Positions 44,854-54,888 of a DNA stretch of 64,000 nt are shown here, piece by piece. The translations under genes and the position numbers were made by a program. Origin of the DNA: an uncultured delta proteobacterium (lineage in GTDB: Bacteria > Desulfobacterota > Syntrophia > Syntrophales > Smithellaceae); assembly GCA_963851005.1 (NCBI GenBank), contig CAWKNI010000002.1, positions 76,253-140,252 of the forward strand, given 5' to 3'. The notes beneath the pieces are model-generated. The model was not told the origin of the DNA. It made no database searches and worked only from the letters and a program-made list of their open reading frames with translations. Numbering within the stretch: the first letter of the stretch is position 1; each line of letters opens with the position of its first letter.

Positions 44854-46068
44854 CTACTTTACTTTTTGGCGCAGTAAAGCGCCGGTAGGCACTTTCCGCT
44901 TCAGAGGCAGATAAATCTGATTATCATTGTTGGCTTCTTGAAGCGTTTTTCCATTGGCATCAATTATAATGCGCGTATCTATTGAGACTGTATCATCAGG
45001 CAATAGCAGCTCCACTTCATCGCCTGCCGCCAGGTGATTGCGGACACCTATAAGCATCATTTTTTTGACGGGATCATATTGCAACACTGTCCCCACCGGT
45101 TCGTGAGTCTGGATATATTTAATGTCCGGATTCGTTTCGTTTATCCTTTCCTCGGCAAAAGCAAAGCCGGTGGTATAGCCGCGGTTGGAAATTTTTATAA
45201 GTTCGTCTGTCCCTTCCGGACGACATTTGTATTTTTCTTTTTGCTTCATCAGAGCGTCCAGCGCCTGCCGGTATGTCCGGGTAACAACTGCTACATAATA
45301 TGCTGATTTCATCCGGCCTTCGATCTTGAGACTTTTAACACCGGATGCCAGGATTTCCGGCAGATATTCAATAAGACATAAATCTTTGGAGCTAAGCAGA
45401 TAACTGTATCGTTCATCTTCCAGCAAAATCAGCGGGTCGTTTGGCCTCGTTGATTCGTGAAGTAAATATTCCCAGCGGCAGGGTTGGCTGCAATCGCCCT
45501 CGTTAGCGCTGCGCCTGTTGCGGAATGCCGACAAATAACAGCGTCCGGAGTAGGCCATGCACATAGCGCCGTGGATAAAAATTTCGAACTCCATTTCGGG
45601 GACAGATGCGGCAATTTCTCCGATTTCTTTCAAACTCAATTCCCGCGCCAGAATAATTCGCTTCACCCCCTGGTTTTGCCAGAACCTTACTGCTTCGATA
45701 TTCGTAGTATTGGCTTGCGTGCTCAAGTGGATGGGAAGGTTCGGCGTTAGAGTGCGAATCAAGCGGATCATTCCCGGATCGCTGACGATTATCGCGTCAA
45801 TGCCGATGGCGGCAAACTTTGGAATGATTTCTGCTGCACGCTCCAGATCGGCATTACGGGCAAATGTATTGGCTGCCGCGTAAACATTAACGCCCTTGGC
45901 GTGCGCTTCATTTACACCTGCTGCTAAATCGGCAATAGTCATTTCCGCCGAATCCGCTCTCAAGCTCAGGCCTTCGATACCTACATAGACAGCATCAGCT
46001 CCATAGAGCAACGCAGTTCTTAATTTTTCCAGGTTGCCTGCGGGGATAAGTAATTCCGGTTTTTCCAT
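44854..46068 (-). CDS. Peptidase U32 family protein
   Basis: MEKPELLIPAGNLEKLRTALLYGADAVYVG and E..IHGAMCMAYSGRC. ATG at 46068 is preferred over TTG at 46077. Confidence 0.85.
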   Translation of the reverse strand: MEKPELLIPAGNLEKLRTALLYGADAVYVGIEGLSLRADSAEMTIADLAAGVNEAHAKGVNVYAAANTFARNADLERAAEIIPKFAAIGIDAIIVSDPGMIRLIRTLTPNLPIHLSTQANTTNIEAVRFWQNQGVKRIILARELSLKEIGEIAASVPEMEFEIFIHGAMCMAYSGRCYLSAFRNRRSANEGDCSQPCRWEYLLHESTRPNDPLILLEDERYSYLLSSKDLCLIEYLPEILASGVKSLKIEGRMKSAYYVAVVTRTYRQALDALMKQKEKYKCRPEGTDELIKISNRGYTTGFAFAEERINETNPDIKYIQTHEPVGTVLQYDPVKKMMLIGVRNHLAAGDEVELLLPDDTVSIDTRIIIDANGKTLQEANNDNQIYLPLKRKVPTGALLRQKVK

Positions 46069-46095
46069 TTCCTTCAAAATATAGCAATTAATTTA

Positions 46096-46893
46096 TCATA
46101 TATTTCTTTTGGGAACGTTAGCCAACATATCGCTTAATTTTATTTCCGGATGGTGGTAACGTTTTTTCTTTGCGGTACCTTTACCATATTGAATCGCTTC
46201 TTCAGGGCACCATTGGAGACAAGCGAAACATTGTTCGCAATGATGCTGCCATGTCGGTTTGCCATGAATGGTCAAAATGTTTTGCGCCGGACAAATTTTT
46301 TCGCAGATTCCGCAGCTTGTGCATTTTTCGTCAACAAAAAAAGATTTATCCATTTTGGGAACTTGAGTAAAGGATGAGCGATAAATCGCCGAAAAGAAAA
46401 TATTTTGCCAGGCGGGCCCTTTTTCCGGCGCTTTTTCTTCTTTTGCACGAATAGATGCTGCAATCCGGCTGATTTTATCCAACGCTTCGTTGAATTTTTT
46501 CTGCTGCTTTTCTTGGGCAATAGCGCCGCCCCAGGGAATGTAGTTGCTGGGTAGACAGACGGAAAATCCCGCAGAGAGATTAATGTCCTTTTTTTGCAGC
46601 AGCGTTTTTAATTGAATCAGGGTAGCGGCAACCTGACCGGCATTAACGGCAACAGCGAAGTAGTTTTTGGCAAAGTCAGTTCCCAGACGATTTAAAAATT
46701 CGATGACGCGAAAAGGTATTCCCCAGATGTGAACGGGGAAAATAAGACCAATGTTTTCTGAATTAGAATTAATCAGGCCTTCACCGGAAAGCATCATGGG
46801 AATAAGTTCAGTATATCCCAATATCTCCGACAATTTTTTTGCTGTCCACAGGGAGTTCCCTGTTCCTGTATAGAAATAAATTGTAGTTTTCAT
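46096..46893 (-). CDS. EFR1-family flavodoxin-like / 2x[4Fe-4S] ferredoxin protein
   Basis: N-terminal YFYTGTGNS, plus CTSCGICEKICP and CEQCFACLQWCP clusters. Confidence 0.75.
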   Translation of the reverse strand: MKTTIYFYTGTGNSLWTAKKLSEILGYTELIPMMLSGEGLINSNSENIGLIFPVHIWGIPFRVIEFLNRLGTDFAKNYFAVAVNAGQVAATLIQLKTLLQKKDINLSAGFSVCLPSNYIPWGGAIAQEKQQKKFNEALDKISRIAASIRAKEEKAPEKGPAWQNIFFSAIYRSSFTQVPKMDKSFFVDEKCTSCGICEKICPAQNILTIHGKPTWQHHCEQCFACLQWCPEEAIQYGKGTAKKKRYHHPEIKLSDMLANVPKRNI

Positions 46894-47384
46894 TTGTTAG
46901 AATCAGGGGTAGGTTTTAAAACTTTATTATAAACGCTTTCCGAAAATCCATATACGTGATTTTTGTTGATGATTGCAAAAGGGACGTCGTCACTATTGTC
47001 GATTTCTTTTCTTCGCGCGGCAGAGGTCTTATCATTATCCATATTGTATTCACTAAAAGGAATATTTTTTGATTTCAAAAATTCCCGCGCCTTGTCGCAA
47101 TCGATGCAATCGTTCTTGGTATAAAGGACGACCTCAGGGTTTTTTTGAGATTTCGATTTGTTGTCTTTGAATGCTGATTTCTGCTCCTCCTCACTTTGCG
47201 AGTCTGTTAAATTATCAGATTCATATTTATGAACTTGAACATCCTTTGCCGATTTGTCCTGCGGAGGCGGATAATCCGTTATTTGCGTGACTCCGTTTTC
47301 ATCTTCCCATGTATAAAAATTGGCATTTGCCGTTCCATAGAGGAATAAAAATATCAGCATCAACATCAATAGATATTTCTTCAT
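46890..47384 (-). CDS. Exported DUF4124 + glutaredoxin-like domain protein
   Basis: Signal-peptide-like MKKYLLMLMLIFLFLYGTANA, FYTWEDENGVTQITDYPPP, and VVLYTKNDCIDCDKAREFL. Start at ATG 47384. Confidence 0.7.
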   Translation of the reverse strand: MKKYLLMLMLIFLFLYGTANANFYTWEDENGVTQITDYPPPQDKSAKDVQVHKYESDNLTDSQSEEEQKSAFKDNKSKSQKNPEVVLYTKNDCIDCDKAREFLKSKNIPFSEYNMDNDKTSAARRKEIDNSDDVPFAIINKNHVYGFSESVYNKVLKPTPDSNK

Positions 47385-47560
47385 GAATGCCCCACCTATA
47401 TAGTAAAAGTAACTTAAAATATTTATAGTTGTCAATTTTTTTTTGTAATATAGAATACTTTATTTTAGTAAACTTTTTTTACATAAAGTGTTATTTAAAA
47501 CATTAATTTTCATCAGGCAACGATTATCTTATTAAGGAACACCGTAACTAGGAGTTTTTT

Positions 47561-48700
47561 ATGTTCGGCCGTCCGGTACCTCTTTTTAAAATTTGGGGGT
47601 TTGAAGTAAAACTTGATATAAGTTGGTTGTTTTTAGGGGCTTTGATCACCTGGTCATTGGCCAGAGGCCTTTTTCCTGAATATTACAAAGGTCTACCCAG
47701 TGCTGCTTATTGGTGGATGGGAGCAGCCGGTGCGGTCGGACTTTTTTTATCTATAGTCATTCACGAATTAACTCATTCCCTTGTAGCAAGATATTATGGG
47801 ATATCCATTAAGGGAATAACTCTGTTTATTTTTGGCGGTGTTGCCCAGATGGAGGATGATCCTCCTAATCCCAAAGCTGAGTTTATGATGGCTATTGTGG
47901 GTCCGCTTTCCAGCTGTTTAATCGGTTTTTTTTCGTTTTTACTCTACACTTTTGGAGAAAAAAACGGCTGGCCGGTGACAATCAATGGCGTTTTAACTTA
48001 CTTGACTTGGTTAAACATAGTCTTGGCGGTTTTTAATTTGATCCCCGCTTTTCCTCTGGACGGCGGAAGAGTATTGCGTTCGGCCCTTTGGAGTTGGAAA
48101 AAAGATATACGCTGGGCAACGGGCATTGCCGCGCAAATAGGGTCCGGGTTCGGAATTTTATTAATTATTATGGGAGTCGTTTACATAGTCAATGGTAATT
48201 TTGTAGGCGGTTTGTGGTGGTCTTTAATCGGCCTGTTTCTCCGTTCGACAGCGCAAATGTCCTACCAGCAGCTTTTAGCGCGCAACATTTTTAACGCAAA
48301 AAAAGTAAATGAACTGATGGTTAAAAATCCCGTGACCGTGTCGCGTTCTATATCATTGGAAGAATTTATTCGTGATTATGTGTATAAGCACCATTTTCAG
48401 ATGTATCCTGTACTTTCTTCTGGCAAGTTGACGGGCTGCATTTCCGTAAAACAAGTAGCGTCAATTCCGCGCGATGAGTGGGCCCAGTACACGGTAGGAG
48501 CAATTGCACTGCCCTGCAATGAAGAAACAACAGTAAGTCCGGAGGAAGATGTCAATAAAGCACTGGCGATAATGAATCGTACAGGGAATAGCCGATTGCT
48601 GGTTGTCAAAGGAGATCAGTTGGAAGGCATTATTGCTTTGAAGGATATGCTTGCGCTGTTATCTCTAAAAATGGAATTGAATGATTTGGAAAAAAATTAA
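47561..48700 (+). CDS. Site-2 (M50) metalloprotease with a C-terminal CBS pair
   Basis: HELTHS (HExxH) and NLIPAFPLDGGR, followed by two CBS-like repeats. Confidence 0.85.
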   Translation: MFGRPVPLFKIWGFEVKLDISWLFLGALITWSLARGLFPEYYKGLPSAAYWWMGAAGAVGLFLSIVIHELTHSLVARYYGISIKGITLFIFGGVAQMEDDPPNPKAEFMMAIVGPLSSCLIGFFSFLLYTFGEKNGWPVTINGVLTYLTWLNIVLAVFNLIPAFPLDGGRVLRSALWSWKKDIRWATGIAAQIGSGFGILLIIMGVVYIVNGNFVGGLWWSLIGLFLRSTAQMSYQQLLARNIFNAKKVNELMVKNPVTVSRSISLEEFIRDYVYKHHFQMYPVLSSGKLTGCISVKQVASIPRDEWAQYTVGAIALPCNEETTVSPEEDVNKALAIMNRTGNSRLLVVKGDQLEGIIALKDMLALLSLKMELNDLEKN

Positions 48701-48856
48701 GAACTGCGAATGAAAGGAAATATGGGCAGGCGAAGATTTCTATTTCATAAATCTTGACAATTGTTGTGCAATCCATTAGCCTACCGCATCAAATTTGAGA
48801 GCATAATGAACGCAGGGTTGCTTAATTTTTTAGACGCGTTTTAAGGGGAGGTAATA

Positions 48857-49267
48857 ATGATTGGTGCGCTTATTATTACACATGGTAATTTTGGAAATGA
48901 GTTGATAAAAGCCGCTGAATTAATCAAAGGGCCGATAGGCGATATATTACATGTTTGCGTCGAGCAGACAAAAAATGTCGAGGATTTAAAAAAAGAAATC
49001 AGCAATGCCATAAAAAAACTGGATAAAGGTAAGGGCGTGTTGATTCTTACCGATCTTTTTGGCGGTACGCCTTCCAACATTTCTCTTTCTTTTATCAAAG
49101 AAGGAAAAGTTGAAGTTCTTACCGGAGTTAATTTACCCATGGTGCTCAAATTGTCTGAAGTTAAAGAAGATATGACTTTACAGGACTATGCCTGCCTCAT
49201 TAAAAATTACGGGGAAAAAAATATTATGTTGGCCAGTGAAATTTTGAGCAAGAAAGCTAACAGGTAA
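48857..49267 (+). CDS. PTS mannose-family EIIA component
   Basis: MIGALIITHGNFG.. with the phospho-His context, and LILTDLFGGTPSN. Confidence 0.85.
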   Translation: MIGALIITHGNFGNELIKAAELIKGPIGDILHVCVEQTKNVEDLKKEISNAIKKLDKGKGVLILTDLFGGTPSNISLSFIKEGKVEVLTGVNLPMVLKLSEVKEDMTLQDYACLIKNYGEKNIMLASEILSKKANR

Positions 49268-49386
49268 TGATCCTGCGATTATTAACCGTGGGATAATTTG
49301 ACTTACAAATTTCAGTTCACTTTGTTTCTGAAACTTGAGTCTCATTATAATAGGGAGTCTTTGGCTCCTGCCAGAGGGGGCTCCAT

Positions 49387-49884
49387 TTGGCGAAAGATTT
49401 TAACATAGTTTTGGTTCGAGTTGACAGCAGGCTTGTCCACGGTCAAATATTGGAAGCATGGGTCCCCCACGTCAGGGCGAAATGTATTATTGTAGTTGAC
49501 AATAAAGTAGCCGGCGATTCCTTTTTTGAAACCATAATCAGAATGGCCGTGCCCAGCGAAATCGAAGTGATTATCTGCTCTGTAAATGATTTTGTGAAAA
49601 ATTATACTTTCACCCACAGTGAAGGGAAAAAAACAATCGTGTTATTTAGCAATATTGCTGACGCGTACGATGCTTTTAATCAGGGTTTTCATTTTGATAA
49701 GTTAAATATCGGTAATGTCTACAATAATGAATATAAGATTTGTTGTTCCCCCTCAGTCTTTTTATGTGATAAAGAAATCAAATGTATTAAAAATCTATTG
49801 GAAGGTTCCCGGGTTGTTGTTGAATTAAAAAGGATACCGAAGGGGAAAACTATCGATATTAAGGAAGCTTTGAAGGATTGTTAA
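49387..49884 (+). CDS. PTS mannose-family EIIB component
   Basis: VLVRVDSRLVHGQI motif; TTG start with a purine-rich RBS. Confidence 0.8.
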   Translation: MAKDFNIVLVRVDSRLVHGQILEAWVPHVRAKCIIVVDNKVAGDSFFETIIRMAVPSEIEVIICSVNDFVKNYTFTHSEGKKTIVLFSNIADAYDAFNQGFHFDKLNIGNVYNNEYKICCSPSVFLCDKEIKCIKNLLEGSRVVVELKRIPKGKTIDIKEALKDC

Positions 49885-49911
49885 AATACAAAACCATAAA
49901 GGTATTTAGAA

Positions 49912-50610
49912 TTGTTTACGGAAATTATTTTAGCATCTTTTTGCGGCGGCTTGTTATGTCTTGATCGAGTTTTTATTCAAGCCATGATTTCCCGGCCGGT
50001 TATCATAGCTCCTATTATCGGACTGATTTTGCATAATCCTTACGCAGGACTGGTCATCGGAGCATTTGTTGAACTTATCTGGATTGATCGCATTCCCATA
50101 GGAACTTATATTCCTCCCAACAACTCCATAACGGCTGTTGTGGCAACTTCAACTGCTGTGATTGCCGGCCAAAAAATGGGAGGCATATCCCGACCGGAAT
50201 TAATTGCGCTTTCGATACTTATAGCTATTCCTTGCGGAATATTAGCCAAGCAGATGGATGTCATGATTATTAAATCCAACAACACTCTTTCCGATCTGGC
50301 GCTGGCGGATGCAAAAAAAAATAATATCCGGGAAATAGAACGAAAAAATTATTTAGGGTTAATTAAAGTATTCTTATTTGATGTAGCTTATGTTTTAGTA
50401 ATTCTATGGATCTTTATTCCTTCTGTAATCTGGCTGTATCCTAAATTAAATGCAACGATCCTATCAACTCTTTCTTTTACCTATTATTTTCTACCGCTGC
50501 TGGGGATTGCCGTGGCCATTAATATGCTAAAACTTCAGAGAGCAATTCCCGTTTTTTGCGCGATATTTTTAGTTGTGGCCGTACTTTTGGAATTATTTCA
50601 TGTCCTATGA
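49912..50610 (+). CDS. PTS mannose-family EIIC-like membrane protein
   Basis: Multi-TM protein with LDRVFIQAMISRPVI..G...G similar to ManY/AgaW N-termini. TTG start is uncertain. Confidence 0.6.
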   Translation: MFTEIILASFCGGLLCLDRVFIQAMISRPVIIAPIIGLILHNPYAGLVIGAFVELIWIDRIPIGTYIPPNNSITAVVATSTAVIAGQKMGGISRPELIALSILIAIPCGILAKQMDVMIIKSNNTLSDLALADAKKNNIREIERKNYLGLIKVFLFDVAYVLVILWIFIPSVIWLYPKLNATILSTLSFTYYFLPLLGIAVAINMLKLQRAIPVFCAIFLVVAVLLELFHVL

Positions 50611-51079
50611 AAAAAATGCCCATCAGGTGACACTTAATCTGATGAACAAGACTGACCTGCCGGAGGTGCTGGCAATTGAGCGAGAATCGTTTCCATCACC
50701 CTGGACGGAGGGAATGTTTACAAGAGAACTGGCCGGCACTCATTCTGTGTGTCTTGCTGCGCGGGTAAATGTTGAGGAGAAAAGTGTCATTGTAGCCTAT
50801 ATTATTTTCTGGCTTGTTGCCGATGAAGTTCATCTGCACAATCTGGCTGTAAAAAAAGAGTATAGAAGACAAGGTCTTGCTTTTAATCTTATGGAAGCGA
50901 TGGCGGAAATCGCGGGGAAAAATGAAATTACAGAGCAGACACTGGAAGTCAGAAAATCAAATATTGAAGCAATAAAGCTTTACGAGAAACGCGGTTTTGT
51001 AGTAAAAGGAATCAGGCCACTTTATTACACAGATACTCATGAAGACGCCTTAATCATGTGGGCGGACATAAAAAAATGA
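50600..51079 (+). CDS. rimI: Ribosomal-protein-alanine N-acetyltransferase
   Basis: GNAT motif A LAVKKEYRRQGLAFNLM, about 160 aa. Start at ATG 50600. Confidence 0.8.
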   Translation: MSYEKNAHQVTLNLMNKTDLPEVLAIERESFPSPWTEGMFTRELAGTHSVCLAARVNVEEKSVIVAYIIFWLVADEVHLHNLAVKKEYRRQGLAFNLMEAMAEIAGKNEITEQTLEVRKSNIEAIKLYEKRGFVVKGIRPLYYTDTHEDALIMWADIKK

Positions 51080-51903
51080 TCAAAGACATTTATATCGGGG
51101 AAATTTCAAAAAACGAAGAAATTCAGGAAGACTGCTTTCTGATGAAAGTGAAAGTTGCCTCTTCCTTTGAAAATCCGCTGCCGGGTCAGTTTGTCATGAT
51201 TCGCATCGCCGGATTGAATGATCCTTTCTTGTCGCGTCCCATCAGTATTTATTCCTTTTCCCGCAGTAAGAATTACTGCTTTATAGAATTGCTGTACCGT
51301 GTGGTGGGTAAGGGAACGCAAATTCTGGCGGGGTTGATTAAAGGTTCGCAGGTGGAAATCAACGGGCCGCTGGGTAACGGCTTTGAAATTCCTGACGTTA
51401 AAAAAAATATTGTTTTTATTGCCGGCGGAATCGGCATAGCTCCTCTGTCATTATTGATCGAACATTTATCAGGGAGATCTGATCTTTCTCCATCGGTGAT
51501 GACTTTATATATAGGTGCTCAGAGCGCCACCGCGATGGTCGGGTTGGATAAACTGCAAAAGCTTTGTCGCAACATCAATGTGTGCACTAATGATGGAACT
51601 ATCGGGATCAAAAGTTTAGTAACGCAATCATTTCAAAAAGACATAAAAAAATTTACGCCGGCAAACACCTTCATTTATGCCTGTGGTCCCAAAGAAATGC
51701 TCAAGTCGCTGGCGAAAATATTGAAAACAAGTAAATTCAACTGTCAGGTGTCGCTGGAAGAGCGAATGGCCTGCGGTACCGGGGCCTGCATGGGGTGCGC
51801 GGTAGCCATAAAAAATCAAAAAGGTGTTCTCGATTATAAGCGGGTTTGCGCTGATGGCCCGGTATTTAATCTGCAAAATATTATTTGGGAATCACGGGTA
51901 TGA
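51076..51903 (+). CDS. pyrK: Dihydroorotate dehydrogenase electron-transfer subunit
   Basis: FNR-like fold and C-terminal [2Fe-2S] motif CGTGACMGC...C. ATGA overlap with rimI. Confidence 0.85.
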   Translation: MIKDIYIGEISKNEEIQEDCFLMKVKVASSFENPLPGQFVMIRIAGLNDPFLSRPISIYSFSRSKNYCFIELLYRVVGKGTQILAGLIKGSQVEINGPLGNGFEIPDVKKNIVFIAGGIGIAPLSLLIEHLSGRSDLSPSVMTLYIGAQSATAMVGLDKLQKLCRNINVCTNDGTIGIKSLVTQSFQKDIKKFTPANTFIYACGPKEMLKSLAKILKTSKFNCQVSLEERMACGTGACMGCAVAIKNQKGVLDYKRVCADGPVFNLQNIIWESRV

Positions 51904-51904
51904 A

Positions 51905-52834
51905 ATGAAAACAAAGACATCTCCGCGAATGGCTGTAAATCTGGGGCTACTGAAATTGAAAAATCCGGTAATGACGGCGTCGGGCACTTTCGGTTATGGC
52001 GAGGAATATGCCGATTATGTTGATTTAAACAGATTGGGCGCCATTGTTGTCAAAGGTTTGTCATTGAAACCAAAATTGGGAAATCCGCCGCCGCGCATAA
52101 TGGAAACAACAGGCGGCATGCTCAACTCGGTGGGTTTGCAAAATATCGGAGTTGATGTTTTTATCGAGCAAAAACTTCCAACCCTACGTAAATATGATTT
52201 AGCGGTTATTGCCAACATCTACGGTGAGACCTATGATGAATATAAAAAAGTTGCCAAAAAACTGAGTTCGGCAAAAGGTGTGCACGCGCTGGAAGTAAAT
52301 ATCTCCTGTCCCAATGTAAAGAATGGCGGGGTACTTTTCGGCTCCGATCCGAAAATTGCCGCCAGAGTAACGCGCACAGTAAAAGATGAAACCGGTCTGC
52401 CTGTTATTGTTAAGCTTACTCCCAATGTCACAGATATTGCGGCAATCGCCCAAGCCGTAGAAAAAGCGGGAGCAGACGCTATATCATTAATCAACACTCT
52501 GACTGGAATGTCCGTTGATTTAAAAACAAGACGGTCTCATCTCAAAAATATTACCGGCGGCTTATCCGGCCCGGCAATAAAACCGGTGGCTCTGCGAATG
52601 GTCTGGCAGGTTGTCCAGAGAGTTTCTGTACCGGTTATCGGCATCGGCGGCATAATGACGGCTCAAGACGCGCTGGAGTTTCTGGTTGTGGGTGCGAAAG
52701 CGGTGCAAATTGGCACGGCTAATTTTATCAATCCCCATGTCACACTGGATGTTATCGAAGGAATAAAAAATTATCTGGCCGCTAATAAGATAAAAAACAT
52801 TAACGAAATCATTGGCACTTTCCAACCTAAATAA
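51905..52834 (+). CDS. pyrD: Dihydroorotate dehydrogenase catalytic subunit (class 1B)
   Basis: NPVMTASGTFGYG, NISCPNV, GGLSGPAIKP, IGIGGI. Start at ATG 51905. Confidence 0.9.
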   Translation: MKTKTSPRMAVNLGLLKLKNPVMTASGTFGYGEEYADYVDLNRLGAIVVKGLSLKPKLGNPPPRIMETTGGMLNSVGLQNIGVDVFIEQKLPTLRKYDLAVIANIYGETYDEYKKVAKKLSSAKGVHALEVNISCPNVKNGGVLFGSDPKIAARVTRTVKDETGLPVIVKLTPNVTDIAAIAQAVEKAGADAISLINTLTGMSVDLKTRRSHLKNITGGLSGPAIKPVALRMVWQVVQRVSVPVIGIGGIMTAQDALEFLVVGAKAVQIGTANFINPHVTLDVIEGIKNYLAANKIKNINEIIGTFQPK

Positions 52835-52839
52835 ATCTC

Positions 52840-53526
52840 ATGAGAACAAACACCGAAGAAATAATAAGCGGCGTTTATTTAATCGGTGGTTCCGGAATAA
52901 CATCGGCCGATGACGCGGCGATTTACCTAGTCGATTTTGCCGGCGATCTGGTTTTGATTGACGCGGGAGCCGGCAGAAGCGCTTCTCAGATTATTCGCAA
53001 TATTGAAATGCTGGGGCTTAATCCAGCCGATATTTCCAATCTGATTTTAACGCATTGCCATATAGACCATATCGGTTCAGCGCCTTTCTTTAGAAAACAA
53101 TACGGCACGAAAATACTGATTCACGAGTTGGACGCTAAAGCCTTGGAAAATGGCGATTCTTTCAAAACGGCGGCAAACTGGTATGGCACAACTTTTCCAT
53201 CGATGGCGGTAGACCAGAAACTGAAGGGCGTTCATGAAATATTAAAATTCGGCCAGGAAGAATTGCATTGTTTGCACACACCCGGACACACACCAGGTTC
53301 AATTTCTCTTTATCTGGACAGGGCAGGGAAGAGGGTTCTTTTCGGACAGGATATTCACGGGCCATTTCACGCGGCATTCGGCTCCGATATAAAAGCTTGG
53401 AAAAAATCAATGCAGATATTAATTGCTCTCAACGCCGATATTCTTTGCGAAGGTCATTTCGGAATATTTCAGCCAAAAGAAAGAGTGCGCGGTTATATCG
53501 AGAGGTATCTGGAAGAATACGAATAG
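52840..53526 (+). CDS. MBL-fold metallo-hydrolase
   Basis: THCHIDHIG, TPGHTPGS. Confidence 0.8.
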   Translation: MRTNTEEIISGVYLIGGSGITSADDAAIYLVDFAGDLVLIDAGAGRSASQIIRNIEMLGLNPADISNLILTHCHIDHIGSAPFFRKQYGTKILIHELDAKALENGDSFKTAANWYGTTFPSMAVDQKLKGVHEILKFGQEELHCLHTPGHTPGSISLYLDRAGKRVLFGQDIHGPFHAAFGSDIKAWKKSMQILIALNADILCEGHFGIFQPKERVRGYIERYLEEYE

Positions 53527-53567
53527 TCTGGCTGTTGAAAAACGCTCATCTGCCGTGTTGCGCTGCG

Positions 53568-53617
53568 AACCGCACCGCTCGACGTATGTCTATATACGTC
53601 TCGCGGTGCGGTTTTTT
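53568..53617 (+). terminator. Strong rho-independent terminator
   Basis: Stem AACCGCACCGC..GACGTAT-loop-ATACGTC..GCGGTGCGGTT followed by TTTTTT, 42 nt after the MBL stop. It sits inside a 117-bp element with inverted ends (53532-53648). Confidence 0.75.
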
Positions 53618-53788
53618 GCGCGCCTTGCATCTGAACATTTTTGAACAGCCCCCGAACATGGGGTTTTTCAATAACTCCATAGCAACTGATTACTTTTTAT
53701 GTCATTTCGGACCATCTCTCAGGTCATGATGACCTTTAGGTTATGGCAGGGAACCCCGGCGCATGAGATTATGTCGTAATTATTTTTT

Positions 53789-53868
53789 TGTCATTCCGTG
53801 CAAGCGGAGCGCGACACGGAATCCAGTATATTCAGTAACTTCTGGATGCCGGTTTTCACCGGCATGAC
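53789..53868. repeat. Two oppositely oriented REP-like hairpins
   Basis: TGTCATTCCGTG-loop-CACGGAATCCAG (53789-53826) and CTGGATGCCGGT-TTTC-ACCGGCATGAC (53842-53868). Confidence 0.8.
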
Positions 53869-53999
53869 GACTTTAATAACACTTTTTGCTATTGTGACGC
53901 AGTCTCGCATGCCGGGTAGCAATCTTATTTGCATTTCATTCTTGACAAATAATTCTATTTACAGTACTATTAACAGCACTAAAATAAGGATTATTTAAA

Positions 54000-54257
54000 A
54001 TGGCACAAACCATTACGGCAAATGAATTGAAAACAAAGGGTGTGACTATCCTTAATGATGAGACCGCCGATGGGATGGAAGTTATCATTACTGTCAGAGG
54101 GAAGAACAAGTTTGTCGTTTTACCTATAGCAAAATATAATTATTTGAGAGAATGCGAACTGGAAGCGGCTTTACTGGAATCAAAAAGAGACATTAAAGAA
54201 GGAAAATTTATTAAAGAGACCGTAGAAAAACACGTCAAGAGAATAACTCGTGGCTGA
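54000..54257 (+). CDS. Type II antitoxin (Phd/YefM-like)
   Basis: 85 aa, overlapping the downstream RelE/ParE-like toxin gene by 8 nt; VIITVRGKNKFVVLPI pattern. Confidence 0.65.
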   Translation: MAQTITANELKTKGVTILNDETADGMEVIITVRGKNKFVVLPIAKYNYLRECELEAALLESKRDIKEGKFIKETVEKHVKRITRG

Positions 54258-54522
54258 AATCTTATATACTGACAGTTATTTAAAACGAGCCGGAAAATTT
54301 ATCAAAAGACATCCCGATTTAGTATCTCAATATGAAAAAACGTTAAAGCTATTAGAAATCAATCCATACCATCCTTCGTTGCGCTTACATAAACTGCACG
54401 GTAAATTATCTGAACCATATTCAGTTTCCATAAACATTTCTTATCGCATTTTCATTATTTTTTTAATCGAAGATGAAAAAATAATTCCAATTGATCTTGG
54501 CAGTCATGATGAAGTCTATTAA
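54250..54522 (+). CDS. Type II toxin, RelE/ParE superfamily
   Basis: 90 aa with HKLHGKLSEPYSVSINISYRIFIIF...IDLGSHDEVY, typical of RelE/YafQ-like toxins. GTG start. Confidence 0.7.
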   Translation: MAEILYTDSYLKRAGKFIKRHPDLVSQYEKTLKLLEINPYHPSLRLHKLHGKLSEPYSVSINISYRIFIIFLIEDEKIIPIDLGSHDEVY

Positions 54523-54888
54523 CAATATTATTTTTAAGACGGGTTTAAATTTGCATCATGGACCAGCTTTTTAAATATCTTTACTAATATCGGCATATTC
54601 ATGATAGCGGAACAATCTTTTGTAGGGATTGTTCCCCGAACAATCCGATGTAAAGCAAATTTTTACGATAAGGTATTGCCGGTGCAAATTATTTTTCTTT
54701 GACATTTACTTGAAATTACGCTAATTATTTTTTCATAAACATCAAATCGTAGTTCGGGTCTTTAGACCCGCAAGGCAAACGAACCTGAAGGTTCGGACTG
54801 CGTTGTAGCAACACCAAGTCATAAGAAAAGTTGTCTGTATTAAAAATCTGAAAAGGATTGCATCAACAAATGATGGCATACAGCATGC

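Noticed and set aside
48750-48790. TTGACA-17-TAGCCT as a promoter for the PTS genes.
   Set aside because: The -10 hexamer is poor (TAGCCT) and nothing else supports it.
53798-53998. 66-aa ORF upstream of the antitoxin gene, and the overlapping ORFs 53268-53729 and 53423-53644.
   Set aside because: These run through REP-like hairpins and the terminator element or overlap the MBL gene out of frame. They have no RBS or motif.
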